Source: Thiotrichaceae bacterium UBA973
Lineage (GTDB): Bacteria > Pseudomonadota > Gammaproteobacteria > Eutrophobiales > Eutrophobiaceae
DNA: 64,000 nt
Assembly (NCBI GenBank): GCA_002292815.1
Contig: DBBX01000027.1
Coordinates: 64,372 to 128,371 of the forward strand
Direction of reading: 5' to 3'
The notes beneath the pieces were generated by a model that saw only the letters and a program-made list of their open reading frames with translations, was not told where the DNA came from and searched no databases. Positions within the stretch are counted from its first letter, which is position 1. Each line of letters starts with the position of its first letter. Made by a program: the position numbers and the translations under genes. This document shows, in pieces, positions 62,930-64,000 of the stretch.

Positions 62930-64000
62930 TTAGTCCGCTTGTCTCCTCAAAAATGCTGGGATATCAAGATAGTCGGTATCTTCCGAGACCACTTCTTCAT
63001 CTGCCTCTGGAACTTGATTTCTCATTACCGTGGGACGCTCATAATCCTTATAATTAACATTTATGCTGTCATCTTGAACCAATTTTATCCGAGATGCATC
63101 TTCTTTGATTATATTTCCTAGCCCGGTTGCAACAATCGTGACTCGAATATCGCCAGACATTTCAGGATCAATAACAGTTCCAACAACGACTGTTGCGTTA
63201 TCAGAAGCAAATTCCTTGACTGTTCTACCTACTTCATCAAATTCACCAATAGATAGATCCATGCCAGCAGTAATGTTAACCAAGATGCCTCTCGCACCCG
63301 ACAGATTGACATCTTCTAACAATGGACTGGAAATTGCTGCCTCAGCCGCGACTTTTGCACGTTCTTCACCTTGAGCCTTTCCGGACCCCATCATAGCCAT
63401 ACCCATCTCAGACATTACTGTTCTAACATCAGCAAAATCCACATTGATTAGACCAGGGCAAGTTATTAGTTCAGCGATACCTTGCACAGCACCTAACAAC
63501 ACATCATTTGCTGCACCAAAAGCATTAAGCAGACTCACATCTCTACCAAGAACACTTAGTAATTTTTCATTCGGTATTGTGATCAATGAATCAACAAACT
63601 GACTTAATTCAATAATACCTTCTTCTGCAATTGCAGCACGTTTTTTACCTTCAAATGCAAATGGACGTGTCACAACAGCAACTGTCAAGATACCCATTTC
63701 TTTTGCAACTTGAGCTACTATTGGTGCTGCGCCTGTACCGGTACCACCACCCATGCCTGCAGTTATAAAAACCATGTCCGAACCTTCGAGGACATCCATC
63801 AAGCGATCACGATCTTCTAATGCTGCTTGCCGCCCAACCTCTGGATCGGCACCTGCACCCAATCCTTTGGTCATATTTGTACCCAATTGCAAAACAGTTT
63901 TTGCGTTTGAATTTCTAAGTGCTTGTGAATCAGTATTCGCACAAATAAATTCAACACCTTCAATATTGGCACCCAGCATATGTTGTAACGCATTGCCACC
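62930..64000 (-). CDS. ftsZ: cell division GTPase FtsZ (C-terminal ~357 aa; N-terminus lies beyond the window end)
   Basis: '[10 protein letters not shown]' tubulin signature and 'NTDSQAL'. C-terminal '[11 protein letters not shown]' conserved tail. The ORF is open at position 64000. Confidence 0.92.
   Translation of the reverse strand, partial: GGNALQHMLGANIEGVEFICANTDSQALRNSNAKTVLQLGTNMTKGLGAGADPEVGRQAALEDRDRLMDVLEGSDMVFITAGMGGGTGTGAAPIVAQVAKEMGILTVAVVTRPFAFEGKKRAAIAEEGIIELSQFVDSLITIPNEKLLSVLGRDVSLLNAFGAANDVLLGAVQGIAELITCPGLINVDFADVRTVMSEMGMAMMGSGKAQGEERAKVAAEAAISSPLLEDVNLSGARGILVNITAGMDLSIGEFDEVGRTVKEFASDNATVVVGTVIDPEMSGDIRVTIVATGLGNIIKEDASRIKLVQDDSINVNYKDYERPTVMRNQVPEADEEVVSEDTDYLDIPAFLRRQAD

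Noticed and set aside
1-64000. Searched by eye for CRISPR arrays, IS/transposase genes, integrases, tRNA genes, and toxin-antitoxin or restriction-modification modules
   Set aside because: No direct-repeat arrays, no transposase/integrase-like ORFs, no cloverleaf-compatible intergenic segments, and no nuclease/methylase/ATPase combinations were found. The accessory region is a glycosylation island rather than a defence or mobile element.

Overview
Low-GC gammaproteobacterial chromosome segment; the gene order ftsZ-lpxC-DUF721-M23-secA-argJ-mutT-yacG-zapD-coaE-pilDCB-clpB and bamD-rluD-pgeF resembles Legionellales/Pseudomonas-type synteny. Bases ~1-39,000 form a very AT-rich glycoconjugate island. 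It holds at least 7 polytopic GT-C-type membrane glycosyltransferases, 4 GT4 and 4 GT2 enzymes (two of them in fusion proteins), a UDP-glucuronate decarboxylase, a GDP-mannose 4,6-dehydratase, a Wzm/Wzt ABC exporter whose Wzt carries a C-terminal glycan-binding domain, three SAM methyltransferases, a sulfotransferase, a radical-SAM/SPASM-pyruvyltransferase fusion and a CotH-kinase/VTC/DUF4956 operon. At the head of a ~30 kb array of genes all on the minus strand sit pilS-pilR and a type IVa pilin gene (pilA) with a sigma-54 promoter. Immediately downstream of pilA are two paralogous TMTC/TfpW-like GT-C+TPR proteins and a GtrB-like polyprenyl-phosphate sugar synthase; together they are a candidate pilin (or periplasmic protein) O-glycosylation system. 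Bases ~39,000-64,000 are housekeeping: sucCD, nadE, bamD, rluD, pgeF, gdh, clpB, pilBCD, coaE, zapD, yacG, mutT-fusion, argJ, secA, an M23 peptidase, DUF721, lpxC and partial ftsZ. No rRNA, tRNA, CRISPR or IS elements were recognised.
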